A stretch of 63,873 bases of DNA, filler included, from Octopus bimaculoides (Eukaryota), in NCBI RefSeq assembly GCF_001194135.2. It is 6 parts of 4 records of this genome, joined end to end, with 100 filler letters (N's around TTAATTAATTAA, not from the genome) between each part and the next. Parts side by side here need not be neighbours in the genome. Positions count along the whole stretch, not along the records: positions 1 to 14,670 come from NC_068987.1; positions 14,771 to 18,286 come from NC_068981.1; positions 18,387 to 47,797 come from NC_068983.1; 3 more parts are not named here. The stretch is one strand, 5' to 3'. Both the position numbers and the translations under genes were made by a program. Positions within the stretch are counted from its first letter, which is position 1; each line of letters begins with the position of its first letter. This document shows positions 12,816 to 25,956 of this stretch, one piece after another. The notes below the pieces were generated by a model that was not told the DNA's origin, made no database searches, and worked only from the letters and a program-made list of their open reading frames with translations.

Positions 12816-13345
12816 CAGGGTGACCCCAAAAATACAGAACCCATAAAAATTTTATTAAATCCTACGATGGTCTAGCAATTTCTTGAAATTTGTTGGACTA
12901 ACTTTGGTCTGTGTACGATCATTTCCTTTGCATAAAAGTCATGTTCTTTTCAAAATATGCTCCAAAAAGCCTCTTCAGTGTTGGTGGAGGTACACTTGCA
13001 TACATCAATTACTCGAACACATTCCTCTTTGGGGATTTCCCTGATTTCTACTATGATTCCTGCCTTCAGTTTACCAATTGTTTGGGGGTTTTTCTGCTAA
13101 ACATTATCCTTTAGATATCCCTACAGATAAAAATCTGGTGGGGTTCAAGTCCTGTGAATGCAGTGCCCACTCAACATCACACTTCCTGTTGATCGGTCTC
13201 TCCTGAAATCGCTCTCTCAGTCAGGCTAGGGGTTGGTCCTGTTTTGCTGGAACCACTGTTCATCTCGATCTATCCCTCTGCGTCTTCCTAAATTAACAGT
13301 TTTATTCAAAGATTTGTGGGTTCTGTTTTTTATGGGGTCACCCTG
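12816..13345 (-). mobile_element. Internally deleted Tc1/mariner-superfamily element (MITE-like)
   Basis: ~29-bp TIRs (cagggtgacccca..aa.acagaaccca) flanked by TA on both sides. The minus strand retains a decayed transposase C-terminus (DVEW.LHSQDLNP..F...PQTIGKLK..I..EIREIPKEEC.RVI). Confidence 0.85.
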
Positions 13346-13373
13346 TATATACATACATACATACATACATATA

Positions 13374-14670
13374 AAGGGTGGGTGGAAAGTGACTAGGCAT
13401 TAGAAATTGCTTATAGAATTTTTAGTATCACTGAAGTCATGATGAAAACATTTTTTAAACAGACAACACTAATGGAAATTTTTCATTTTCTTTCTGTCTT
13501 ATTTTCCAGATGGCCAGTCGCTTGACAGTTCAGGAACATGCTAAGATAGCAGCACACTAGGAAGCATGCTATTCCATTGTTTTGGTTCAGAGATGGTGGC
13601 GTGCTTGGAAAGGTAAGCATGCAACACATCATCTGGGTACAATAAAAAAAGTTGTCATGCAAAGCTGATGACCGCAGACTCTGTGAACAATGCAAGAAGA
13701 AGTGGACGTCCAACCACATCCCGATCAGTGGAGAACATGGCAACAGTGCAGGAAATGTTTAATTACAGCCCACAAAAATCGACATGTCTAGTAGCTCATG
13801 AAAGTGGACTAACAAGACACACAATACGTGCGGTGTTGCATGAAGAATTGAATTTTTATCCATGGAAACCCCATTACAAGCAGGAGCTAAAACCTGAAGA
13901 CTGTGACCACAGAATGGAATATGGAGAGTTAATGCTATGCTGGCATGAAGATTGGCCTGAATTGTTTGAAAACATAATCTGGAGTAATGAGGCTGTATTC
14001 TTTGTTGGTGGTTTCATCAATTGTCACAACTGCCATTACTGGGCATTGAGTGATAAGGATTTAAACATGACGGTTGAGAGGATGTGAATTCGACCAAAAG
14101 TTACCATATGGTGTGGAATGACAGCAACAAGAATTGTCGGCCCATATTTTCTGCATGATACCGACTGCTATCTTTAGATGCTTGAAAATTACATGTGGCC
14201 CATGGTGTCTGGCTGGGATAACATCGATGACCTGATATTCATGCAGGATGGTACACCACCCCATTTTGCTCTTACTGTGTGTGTGTGGTTAGACCAACAT
14301 TTTCCAAGGAAGTTGGATGGGACAACACAGACCTCATGAATGGCCACTAAGAAGTCCAGATCTCACTCCATGTGATTTTTACATGTGGGGTTACACAAAA
14401 GAGGAGGTGTACCAAACAAAACTTCACACACTGGAAGACTTGGAGTCATGGATTCAGGAGGTTCTCAATGATATCTCAGATGACGTCCTTCAGAAGGTTG
14501 TTCATTCCATCCCTAGCCGTTTAAGGAAACTGGTTGATGTCACCGGTTCTTATGATGAAATATGAAGATTTATTTTGATTTTCACATGTAATAAAGAACA
14601 AATATCATTTGTTTCAATAAATACATAAAAGGAACATGAATTTAATTAGCAATTTTTAATGCCTACTTAC
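13374..14670 (+). mobile_element. Near full-length degenerate DD41D (rosa/Visitor) transposon; pseudogenised transposase ~13510-14565
   Basis: MASRLTVQEH...RSGRP...SPQKS...PWK...IIWS(D>N)EA...QDG(x41)D in SPDLTPCDFYMWG. The 41-residue spacing appears after removing one extra T. TIR-like taggcatta.aaattgct is present at both ends; the right end is cut by a gap. Confidence 0.88.
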
Positions 14671-14770
14671 NNNNNNNNNNNNNNNNNNNNNNNNNNNNNN
14701 NNNNNNNNNNNNNNTTAATTAATTAANNNNNNNNNNNNNNNNNNNNNNNNNNNNNNNNNNNNNNNNNNNN
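14671..14770. other. Artificial 100-bp scaffold spacer N44-TTAATTAATTAA-N44 (also 18287-18386, 47798-47897, 51905-52004, 62141-62240)
   Basis: Identical layout five times; the 12-mer has stops in all six frames. This is an assembly linker, not biological sequence. Confidence 0.95.
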
Positions 14771-15374
14771 TTTGTACGCTTATAACTCGAGTATTGTTCA
14801 TCCGATCGCGCTGAAATTTTAAACATGGATACATGAGAGAGCGGAGCGTTTCGTAATCTAAAAAGATCTCCAAAACTGTCAGTTTCAAAGTAAGAATCGC
14901 TATTTTTGTAATGTTAGCCTGTCCATCGGATGATTAAAACTTCCATTTTCATTTTTATTCGAAACTACTGTTACGTATCCTGTAGTTCTTACTACTTCGT
15001 CAGTGAAAATCGAAATAAAATACTTAAAACAACAGTCGTTAAATGCAAAAGCCAAAGAACTGTTAATTGTTTAAATATCACTTGCAACATTCACTTTGGA
15101 GATAAAACAGCGTTCACTCTGGGGTATAGGTGTCAACATGAGGAATGCCTGAGTGCAAAAAGTTTAAGGTTATTTATGATGTCCGATTCCACTTGAAGTT
15201 GTATATATATTGTGTTAAGATTCGTTATCAATCAGTTATCCTTATTGAAAAGAAACAGTCAAAAGTAACCATCACATACAATCACCAAACATCTCCATTA
15301 CTTAACATCGTCCAAGTTAACCAACTTCACCTATACAAACCGTCCAATTGACGGGGGTAGGGGGCATTTGCTAG
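14771..15374 (+). mobile_element. Probable HINE/Helitron-type non-autonomous element, 5' end lost in a gap
   Basis: Begins with a HINE-like core (ataactcgag...ccgatcgcgctgaaatttt). Ends with the hairpin ccgtc-caatt-gacgg (15340-15354) and CTAG (15371-15374). Confidence 0.45.
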
Positions 15375-15375
15375 A

Positions 15376-15410
<35 letters not shown>

Positions 15411-15645
15411 CATACATACATACATACATACATACATACATTAATTGACTGATTAATGACAAGTGAGCAGGTGTCACGTCGTCACGTTTGTTACCTTACT
15501 GCTGTTTCTGCCATAAGAAGATTCTTATAGCCGAAACAGATGTTAATCACGTGATTACGTGATACTCGTCATTCATTAATTAATATTAAGCTCTGTACTC
15601 GCATAACATTTTATTCTAAATCATATATATATTTATATATATATA

Positions 15646-15676
<31 letters not shown>

Positions 15677-16247
15677 ACATACATACATACATATATATAT
15701 AATACAAATAATATATGAGTATATGCACATATACGTACATATATGTACATACCTACATCTACATGTATATATAGATGCATATCTGGGTACAGGACGTTGC
15801 AAAGAAAAAAAACGGGGACAAAATGATAAACAGTGTACAGAAAACACACAGGCCACATAGAGAACATTTCCTTCATCAGCTGCCACCATTCTAAAACTAA
15901 GCGTTTCGAAGAGTTAGGGCAGAACGCATTATAAGTCTAGCAGTTATTCAATTGGATCATTCTCTAAGAACCACTAAGTAATTAGAGCGTAAACAAACCA
16001 ACATAGGTTATTAAGCGGTGACAAACAAATGCAAAACCGCATGCACGCATACACTCATATACACATACATACACGCACATGCTCACATATTTATACATAA
16101 AAAACAGGATCAAAGACCATACTTTTCGGTCTATAAAGTTCTCTTACAAGCCATAGACTGGCCGTGGCACCTACTATGTAGAAACCACTTGTCCAAGGTG
16201 ACACGCAGTGGGACTAAACCCGAACCTTGTGGTTGTAAAACGTACGT

Positions 16248-16278
<31 letters not shown>

Positions 16279-16995
16279 TATGAAAAGAAGAGGTGTATTC
16301 TCACGCAGGAAAAAATATAGGAGAATTTGTTTTGGGGTTTGAAAATGCACCTGAATTTAAAAAACGCAGAGTTGTTTTTAAATAGATTTATTCACATACA
16401 TACCAAACTAGATTCAACATTTTTTGTTTATCAATGGTACAAATATATATATAAAACAAGGGGATTTTAACACAGTTAGAATTACGAAGTGGATGGCGGA
16501 CAAACATGTTTAAACAATCAAATGATTAAATGTTCTCATAAAATTCAATGAGTTNNNNNNNNNNNNNNNNNNNNNNNNNNNNNNNNNNNNNNNNNNNNNN
16601 NNNNNNNNNNNNNNNNNNNNNNNNNNNNNNNNNNNNNNNNNNNNNNNNNNNNNNNNNNNNNNNNNNNNNNNNNNNNNNNNNNNNNNNNNNNNNNNNNNNN
16701 NNNNNNNNNNNNNNNNNNNNNNNNNNNNNNNNNNNNNNNNNNNNNNNNNNNNNNNNNNNNNNNNNNNNNNNNNNNNNNNNNNNNNNNNNNNNNNNNNNNN
16801 NNNNNNNNNNNNNNNNNNNNNNNNNNNNNNTCAGTCACTACTCTGAGTTTCACGGTTTCTGTGAAATGGAAAGAAAATGTTGAAACTTAGAGTAGTGGCA
16901 ACGTAGGAAAACTTCCACATCGAACTAATGAATATAACCTCCTCGTACATGTATTTTACACTTTTTCTAATCATTTGGTAAATCGAAAGCATACG

Positions 16996-17038
<43 letters not shown>

Positions 17039-17618
17039 TCAATTTTTTTTTATCTCGAGAGCAATCCAGAGAAATAGAAACATTATTATTTCTAAGTCTC
17101 TCAACGAGAGACATTCAGTAACAATACTCTAAGGTAAAGATTATTTGCGAACATAATGTGACAGTCCCGTTTGGGACGAATGTTACTGTTATTTAACCTC
17201 AGGAAACATCGTCTCCGGCTGGCTATACGACACACTATCTGTGTTCTTATATTTTCGAACAGGGGAATTTAGCATCCCCACTCGGTATAAAGCAATATGT
17301 GGACCGCGGTTTCTGGGTTATTGCTCTTTCTTGGCACAGAATAACTACCTGGCTGGGTATGGCACTGCTAAATTCCTGTTCGAAAATATATATAATTTTT
17401 AAAGTGACACACAGTCACTGATCCAAAATTATGATTATAATTCAATTTCTATAAAGAGGCAGACTGCCAAATTTGAAGTGAGTCTGATAAAGCAGCCTGC
17501 ACGAATCGCTCGGTCCTCGAATCACTTTGTGACTTCTGTCGATTAAGATAACACACGCATACACACAACTACAACCACATACACACATATGTACATTGTG
17601 TGTGTGTGTGTGTATGTA

Positions 17619-17649
<31 letters not shown>

Positions 17650-18386
17650 AGATAGAGACAGAGAGAGAAAGACTGGCAGGTTATAGCGTTAGTCTTTATG
17701 TGGGTGTATTTCTGTACGTGTGTGCGTGTGAGTGAGAGAGAGAGAGAGTGAGAGTTAAAGAAAGACTGGCAGGTTATAGTGCTAGTCTTTATGTGTATGT
17801 ATAATTGTGCGTGTGTGTGTGTGTATGTGAGTGAGAGAGAGAGGGAGAGGGAGATAGCGAAAGTGAAACACGACTGACCGAGTGATGGCACGTGCCAAAC
17901 AGTACACCAACTCTATTTGGCTGAATGTGTTTTGTCACCCGAGATCAGTTTCTCTCTCTCCCTTACCACTCATTCCACTCCTCTCCTGTCTAACCGCCCA
18001 CCAGCTACCTCTCCTCCCTTCCACCACCACCACCACTACAACCCATACAGCTACTACATACACCCTATCCCTACGACATCCGCCCTCTCCCTCTCCATTT
18101 CGGTCAAATAACCACCTTTGTCTCAGCAGCGTAGCCGTCGTCGCTGTCGCCATCATCACCACCGTTATCCTCCACCTCACCACCACCACCACCACCACCA
18201 CCACCACCACTATGATCAGCCCCACAACTATCACCGTCGACATCATCTTCAGTAATCAGTTATCTTCTTCTTCTTCTTCTTCTTCTNNNNNNNNNNNNNN
18301 NNNNNNNNNNNNNNNNNNNNNNNNNNNNNNTTAATTAATTAANNNNNNNNNNNNNNNNNNNNNNNNNNNNNNNNNNNNNNNNNNNN

Positions 18387-18963
18387 GTGGACGCGTCTGA
18401 AAGGTCTAGAGACAAAGACTTTTCTCTCTGGGCAATCTCTCATCAACTTCTTCAAGTATCATCTGAAGAGGAAGGTGAGAGTAGAAAGGGAAGTCTTGTC
18501 TAGTGAATGCTTCAAAAAAAGATGGGTGAATGTAGCAAGGATGGCACGTGTGAATGACGGAGCCACCTTGAGCATAACACAATAAAGGAGTAAAAAAAAA
18601 AATCCAGACAAAAAACAAAAAGGCAAAAGAGAGTCACTTACTGTTATAGTTTCTGCAATGACAATATTGACCAAAGTTACCGTGGTCTTTTTCGTAGGTT
18701 TTTCTTTCCATGGCTAAACCTAAACTGTCCTCCCCTCTTTTTACACGAGAACATTACTGTGATGTGATACACGATCCCTATTGATCGCTTTTTTTCTTCT
18801 CGGTCCCTTTTGATCGAACTCCCCCCTTTTTTCCTTCCTACGATCCCTTTTGATCGACACCCACCCCTACTTTTTTTTTCTCTTCCTTCCCCCTCCTAGA
18901 AAGAAAAGCCATACATTGTATTCGTCCCATCTTTGTTGAGCCCTGTGTGGCTAATAAAAGAAA
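18387..18963 (+). mobile_element. Tx1/L1-clade LINE 3' end
   Basis: [52 protein letters not shown]; homologous to 33660-33830. UTR ends gagccctgtgtggctaataaaagaaata. Confidence 0.8.
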
Positions 18964-19025
18964 TATATCTATCTATCTATTCACATACACAACACACATG
19001 TAAGTACATATATACATACACACAC

Positions 19026-19070
<45 letters not shown>

Positions 19071-20091
19071 TACACATATTTACCCATATAGATACATATA
19101 TCTTTATACGTACATACATACATACACACATATACACAGGTATACACACATGCACACACTCATATACACACATTTATATGTAAATATGCGCATATATGCA
19201 TTATAAATAAACACATACGTATATATACTTGCGTACTCAAGGAACAGCTTTCCTTTTACTTAGGTTGTATTGAAAACAGAAATGTTTTTCATACAACAAC
19301 AACAACAACACACACATTAAATAACTAACGATACATTTACCACTGGGAATCGAAGATCTTTCTCACAAAATAGATATCTTTGAATTGATGGCTGAAATAT
19401 AATTGTCGAATTATGATCGAGAAGTAATAAGATATAGCTGTACACTGGAACTGCTGTTGAGAGAGATGAACCGTATAAAGACACAATATCTTATGTCTAC
19501 TGGATTCTACAGAGAAATGAATTCTTTAAAGCGATGCCAACCTTACCAACGTTTTCCTTTCACGTTTTCTCATCACTTACATCTTTCATTCTTTTTTCTT
19601 ATATTCCATCTTGTCTCCAGATCTTCATATATACTTGTGTTTGTATGCGTGTTTTTGTTTGTTGTAGTGTTTTGTACACACATACACACNNNNNNNNNNN
19701 NNNNNNNNNNNNNNNNNNNNNNNNNNNNNNNNNNNNNNNNNNNNNNNNNNNNNNNNNNNNNNNNNNNNNNNNNNNNNNNNNNNNNNNNNNNNNNNNNNNN
19801 NNNNNNNNNNNNNNNNNNNNNNNNNNNNNNNNNNNNNNNNNNNNNNNNNNNNNNNNNNNNNNNNNNNNNNNNNNNNNNNNNNNNNNNNNNNNNNNNNNNN
19901 NNNNNNNNNNNNNNNNNNNNNNNNNNNNNNNNNNNNNNNNNNNNNNNNNNNNNNNNNNNNNNNNNNNNNNNNNNNNNNNNNNNNNNNNNNNNNNNNNNNN
20001 NNNNNNNNNNNNNNNNNNNNNNNNNNNNNNNNNNNNNNNNNNNNNNNNNNNNNNNNNNNNNNNNNNNNNNNNNNNNNNNNNNNNNNNNNNN

Positions 20092-20160
<69 letters not shown>

Positions 20161-20161
20161 G

Positions 20162-20208
<47 letters not shown>

Positions 20209-21299
20209 ATACATATATATATATATGTATGTATATAAATAAACACACAAATATATGAATGTATCTATGTATGTATATGTATTTATATGTATGTATATAA
20301 CGTGTTTAGAAAAATATCAAAAAACAAATCCAAGAGACGTTCACAGATAACATTATTAGGTTGACACTCAAAGACGGAAAAATAGTTGTAGAGTAAAAGT
20401 TATAGAGTAAAAATATAACGTTTCGGATATAATCCTTCGTCTCAGGAGAGTCTGGGAAGAGAAAGAAGAGAAGAAAGGAGATGAAAAAAAATAAAGGAGA
20501 GTCATGAAAAATGTACGTGGGTTTTGATTCGCATGTTCGACCTCTCACTGAGATAAACTTTTTTTTACTAAACGCAATTTATTTTAGCGTTTGTGAAAAG
20601 TAGGCTCTGTTAAACAATAGTTATTTCTCTCTGTGGTCAGAAAAAGTGATCATTTGACTAATTTCGGCATTTATTATGGCATCATTAGATATCTTGTGTC
20701 TATTGACGGTGTAGACAAAGCATAGTTGAACTATGTTTCTCTGCCGAATTTGCATAACATTGGAAGTGGGAATAATGTACAACTTTCAGGTACATAGAGA
20801 CGCAATATTTGTTTGCTAAAAAGACATTCTCGTAAGGTAACCTCATATCTCTTTGCATCATATCATAGAATAATGGTAGACATTTCTTAAAAATAGCATT
20901 TATTTACTCGTACTTTGTATGTTACAAACGTAAGGTATCGGTACAAATGAGTGGAATATCACTGTATGATATACACCGGCCAGTCGCAATGCGCTTCTTC
21001 TCATTATTGCAGCATTCGAATGATGCCGCCCCACTGGCTAATTTGAGCAGGCCGAATTCCCTCGGGGCAGAGCCCCTGTCCATCACAAGGTTATCTATCC
21101 ATTTACAGCTAAATAAACTGAAGCAACCGTCATTGGGTTACCCATTTACTGTTGAGTAAACTGGAGTGAAATCAAATGAAGTGTTTTGCTGAAGAACACA
21201 ACACACCGCTGGTCTGGGAATCGATTCTATGATCGAGAGTAGAACTCCTTAGCCACTAGGTTACGTGCTTTGTTGTAAAAGTAAAATTCTAGATTCTAT

Positions 21300-22810
21300 C
21301 CACAACTGAAAATCAGATTTGTTTATGGTAGTATAATTTATTATATGTTAATTTCCACTTAAACATAGGTCGTAAGATGCTGTGGTTCTGACCACGATGG
21401 TCCATTTTATGTTACTGCTCTTAAACTAATTCAAAGATCGATGTTTGGTAAATTATGGTCGATATTTGAGATACTAATGCCAATTTTCGGCCATTGTGGC
21501 TCGGTATCCAATATAATCGTACACACGTTGGTAATAGAGAATATACACATCATAATTTTGGCAATTGTATTGATTTCTCTATGATCCAGTCTGTTGGTTA
21601 TTGTTGGCAGATTTAGTTACGTAATGGACAAATATTTTTGATGGATGGTGCTGTTCGTTAACTGATTTTTGTATTACTCCTGTTCAATAGTTTGATGTGT
21701 TCATTGTTTTCGCGGAGGAACAGGGATTATTTCGCCTAGACTATGACTTCCTTGCTAAAAAGAGGTTTGGACTAGATTGTTTTAATCTGGTCAGTTTTTT
21801 TTATTGTTGTTGTTTGTAGTGGGGGAGTTGTGTGTTATTCTGTTTTGGAAGCTGATTGCGGAAGAAAGCTTTGTTGAAATTGCCTTCAGTCCTGTGGAAT
21901 GTCAATTCACTGGTGGAAAGTCTGATTATGCATTTACTTATTGCTATTGGGCACTTTCTTTACGATATTTGATGGATAGTTGGATTCTAATTGCTTGTAC
22001 AAGCAGAGGTTGATTGTTTGGATTGCTATCGTGTTCGTACAAACTTGAGATTAGATTACAGTGAGCTGGCAGAGAACTGCTTTGTTTCTATTATCTTCAG
22101 GTTGAAGGTTTTGAAGGAGAATGTGATATGTTTTCTGACCGTATCAGAAGACCCCCATAACTTCGAGATCATTAGGCCATCACATCGAAGTTTCCATAAC
22201 GTGTATTTTTTGTTTTTATTTTTATCTAGCAACCTTAGCTGTTGATTTGTTTGGACCATATTATAGTGTCAAGTTCATTCAGCATTATGGCTGTAATTTT
22301 GAATGAGAATTGTATGGCCTTTAGAAAGAGATCTTTGGTAATAGAAGGATAATAAACCTAGAAGTCGGGTGGATAAACGTGTATTGATGTTGTTTTGCAC
22401 AACCAAATCTTGAGAAAGACATTTTAGAAATAAATTGATCCAGTATATTGTTACTGACAAGGCTTAGTCAACATTTTGCATACTAATTACTCTGTAATTT
22501 GTTAAAGTTGTCTTTGTGGACTTTATATGCCATGAATGTGTTTACTTTGTCTATGTTAGCATTGTTGTATAGGTTGAGTTGGGCTGTTATTTGTTTTGCT
22601 TATGTACTGATGTTGTTATATATGCTATTGTAAAGGTTTTTCAGGTTTTATGTTCTCGAGTAGTGTCCCCATAAAGATGAATCGTCTAGTCCGTATCTGA
22701 ATATTTGGCTTGTAGAGTTTGTTTTCTTACTTCCACCGAAACCTCGGTTAGAATTTGTTGCTTGGGTCTCAAAATTGTATATTCTTTATATTTGGAGCAT
22801 CACATTCGCT
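21300..22810 (-). mobile_element. Degenerate Penelope-like retroelement (RT + GIY-YIG)
   Basis: Minus-strand pieces YYPSITKDLFLKAIQF, GNFDV, KLRCDGL...DTVRKHITFSFK..NLKI and ...NIKWTIV...YDLCL resemble PLE RT (FYPSI, YRDDGL) and endonuclease motifs; many stops and frameshifts. Confidence 0.7.
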
Positions 22811-22865
22811 CGTGTCTTTGTGTTGTGAGGGCATTTCTTAGATTGTGTACGTGTGTGTGTGCATA

Positions 22866-23242
22866 TCATGGCACTCCGACGGTTTCGACGACGAGGGTTC
22901 TAGTTGATCCGATCAACGGAACAAACCATTCGTGAAATTAACGTGTAAGTGGCTGAGCACTCCACAGACACGTGTACTCTTAACGTAGTTTTCGAGGAGA
23001 CTCAGCGTGACACAGTGTGTGACAAGGCCGACCCTTTGAAATACAGGTACAACAGAAACAGGAAGAGTGAAAGTTGTGGTGAAAGAGTACAGCAGGGTTC
23101 GCAACCATCCCCTGCCGGAGCCTCGTGGAGCTTTCAGGGGTCTTCGCTCAATAAACACTCATAACACACGGTCTGGGAATCGAAAACGCAATTCCACGAC
23201 CGCGAATCCGCTGCCCTAACCACTGGGCCATTGCGTCTCCAC
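22866..23242 (-). mobile_element. tRNA-headed SINE (second family)
   Basis: Minus-strand head gtggagacgcaatggcccagtggttagggcagcg...ttttcgattcccagacc with A- and B-box-like motifs. Part of the body recurs at ~42590-42700. Confidence 0.75.
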
Positions 23243-24369
23243 GTGTGCATATAAGATGCGTGTATATATATGTATGTTTTCCTGAATACGGCTTCATTAT
23301 ATTACATATAATCAGATGATGTACTCATTTCCTGCAGCTAGGTGAACCGAGACCTAAGTTGGCGTCTTCAATAAGGTGACCTGTAAGTTGACATATCAAC
23401 AATAATACATCTATCGACTTTTGGAAGGGAAGCTTATAGTCATTTGAATCGATCCTGTGTACAATAATAAGTTTTTAAAAACAAATTTTTAAAAAGGCCT
23501 ATATTACAACTCTTAACGTTTTATAACCAGGAGAATTCACCATGAACTCCTAATTTACATGCACACAAAGCAACTAGAGTGCCTTTAGTTACTCGCTAGA
23601 CTAGCAAGAAATAGCTACAATTTGCCTAAAAAGAAGGATACATTAGGTAACACAGTGCTGGGTGCTCTATACAAAAAAAAACTGGATGACCGTGACTAGA
23701 TTAGACAATTTAAACTGCTTATATGTGGTATATCGAAGCGGATGCCAGGCGAGTTTTTGAGACATAAGATGTGTAAATGCCAGAATATTAAGAAAACTTC
23801 AGTGTTTGTAATAACTTATATCAGTGCATATGTATTCGCTCACAGTAAAGTATATTGCGTGCAACCATATTTAAAACAATTTTATATTTAATGGTTTTTG
23901 ATTTAGGCACAAAGCCAGCAATTTTGTAGGAGGAGAGGATTAGCCAATACCATCGATTCCAGTACTTGACTGGTACTTTGCTTTATCGACCGACCCCGTA
24001 AGGATGAAAGACAAAATTGATATCGGCAGGATAATATTTTCTGGTTACGATTGTATGAGATTCAAAATATACAGGGATCTTACCCGAGTTTTCTACAGGT
24101 GTGTACTTATGAAAGAGAGTGTAAAACTACATTTCAATTTCAAACAGACATTTAATAAGAAAAAAATAACTCGAACACAATACTAGATACCAATGAAAGT
24201 GATGTTTATTGGATTATTTAATGAGAATATGTTTTGGTATGTTTTTTTTTCCAAAAATTTTCTAATCAGAGACAATGACAGCTCCCATTGTAGTCCTCAA
24301 ATTAATAGGACCTGATTAACTCACATATAAAAAAATTAAAAATAACATGTAAAATAAAATTTAAGAACA

Positions 24370-24411
<42 letters not shown>

Positions 24412-25024
24412 NNNNNNNNNNNNNNNNNNNNNNNNNNNNNNNNNNNNNNNNNNNNNNNNNNNNNNNNNNNNNNNNNNNNNNNNNNNNNNNNNNNNNNNNN
24501 NNNNNNNNNNNNNNNNNNNNNNNNNNNNNNNNNNNNNNNNNNNNNNNNNNNNNNNNNNNNNNNNNNNNNNNNNNNNNNNNNNNNNNNNNNNNNNNNNNNN
24601 NNNNNNNNNNNNNNNNNNNNNNNNNNNNNNNNNNNNNNNNNNNNNNNNNNNNNNNNNNNNNNNNNNNNNNNNNNNNNNNNNNNNNNNNNNNNNNNNNNNN
24701 NNNNNNNNNNNNNNNNNNNNNNNNNNNNNNNNNNNNNNNNNNNNNNNNNNNNNNNNNNNNNNNNNNNNNNNNNNNNNNNNNNNNNNNNNNNNNNNNNNNN
24801 NNNNNNNNNNNNNNNNNNNNNNNNNNNNNNNNNNNNNNNNNNNNNNNNNNNNNNNNNNNNNNNNNNNNNNNNNNNNNNNNNNNNNNNNNNNNNNNNNNNN
24901 NNNNNNNNNNNNNNNNNNNNNNNNNNNNNNNNNNNNNNNNNNNNNNNNNNNNNNNNNNNNNNNNNNNNNNTTATCGAACTCGCTTACGATCCTGCCAACT
25001 CACGGTCTCAGATAATAATAATAA

Positions 25025-25212
25025 GGAATAAGGTCTGGAATTTATGAGGAAGGAGCTAGTCGACTACTTTGATCCACAGTGCTAGACTTGTACTTGTTTT
25101 ATCGGCTTCGAAAGGATGAAAGGTAAAGTCGACCTCGGCGAAATTTGAACTCAAAACGAAGTCGGATGAAATGCCACTAGGCTAACAGTTCTGCTAGCTC
25201 GCCGTCTCACTA
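25025..25212 (-). mobile_element. tRNA-derived SINE followed by (AAT)n
   Basis: cgaaaggatgaaaggtaaagtcgacctcggcgaaatttgaactca... is the reverse complement of the family core. Confidence 0.8.
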
Positions 25213-25239
25213 ATGATAATAATAATGATAATAATAATG

Positions 25240-25271
<32 letters not shown>

Positions 25272-25783
25272 TAGTATAAAAATCCGTCGATTTTCGAAAT
25301 TGTTCCGTTTTCAGTGGGTTCTCAAAAAATGTGCTTTCTGAGGAACAAGATTAAAGTCCACAAATTTCTCGCGAAGAAATATGCCTACTGAAGGAATGGA
25401 TTAACATCAGTATATGAATGGTGCAATATTTATGATTGTTGACTTTGGGAGCATGAAAGAGGAAAATAAAACCCTGGAAAGATTTGAATTCAAAACGTAA
25501 AGGGATGTAACTGAAAATCGAAGTATTTTTGTCGCGCATTGTATCGATTTTTTTTACCACTCACCGCTTTCATAACGATATACAATCATCTACATATTCT
25601 AATATGAAACAAAACATAATTTAACATAAACAATAACACTATTAGATACAACAATAACAAATTGAGAAAAATGACTTATTTTCGTGCAAATGAAGTAGAA
25701 GTAGTCTACATGTTGACTATTACTTGTTAAGAAAACCTGCCTTGATCTCCCGCTATACACACAAACAAGATCACCTGGTTGGT

Positions 25784-25956
25784 TTAATAACTGCAGTTTT
25801 TGACGAGGGTCTTGTAGTTGCACAACTTAAGTTGCCTGTCGAATAGTGTGTTTGTCGGGCATTTCAACAGGAATGCTTTTGCATTCATGCAAAGCACATA
25901 CAGCCTGCAGTCGCGAGGTACATAGTAAATTCCATCTAGACGATAGCTGCAGTCAA
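25784..25956 (-). CDS. Chitinase last coding exon: CBM14/peritrophin-A domain [57 protein letters not shown]
   Basis: Acceptor ctacttttaccag|TT, phase 1. Six Cys spaced C-x13-C-x5-C-x9-C-x12-C-x8-C, which fits CBM14. TAA at 25784-25786. Confidence 0.93.

Noticed and set aside
10530-12846. Long ORFs spanning N runs (also 16545-16883, 19403-20250, 34491-35373, 40278-40595)
   Set aside because: Open only because N codons translate as X; the flanks are (TA)n/(CA)n microsatellites.
14715-14726. TTAATTAATTAA recurring five times (PacI-like/homeobox-like palindrome)
   Set aside because: Always centred in a 100-bp N block; a synthetic scaffold linker.
20417-20446. Second hammerhead-like motif on the minus strand (ctgagacga-aggattatatcc-gaaacgtt)
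   Set aside because: Core has a 2-nt insertion and no stem I can form; at most a decayed Penelope pLTR remnant.
23170-23242. tRNA-like sequence with A/B boxes
   Set aside because: Head of a SINE with continuous body; no acceptor stem/cloverleaf of a functional tRNA.
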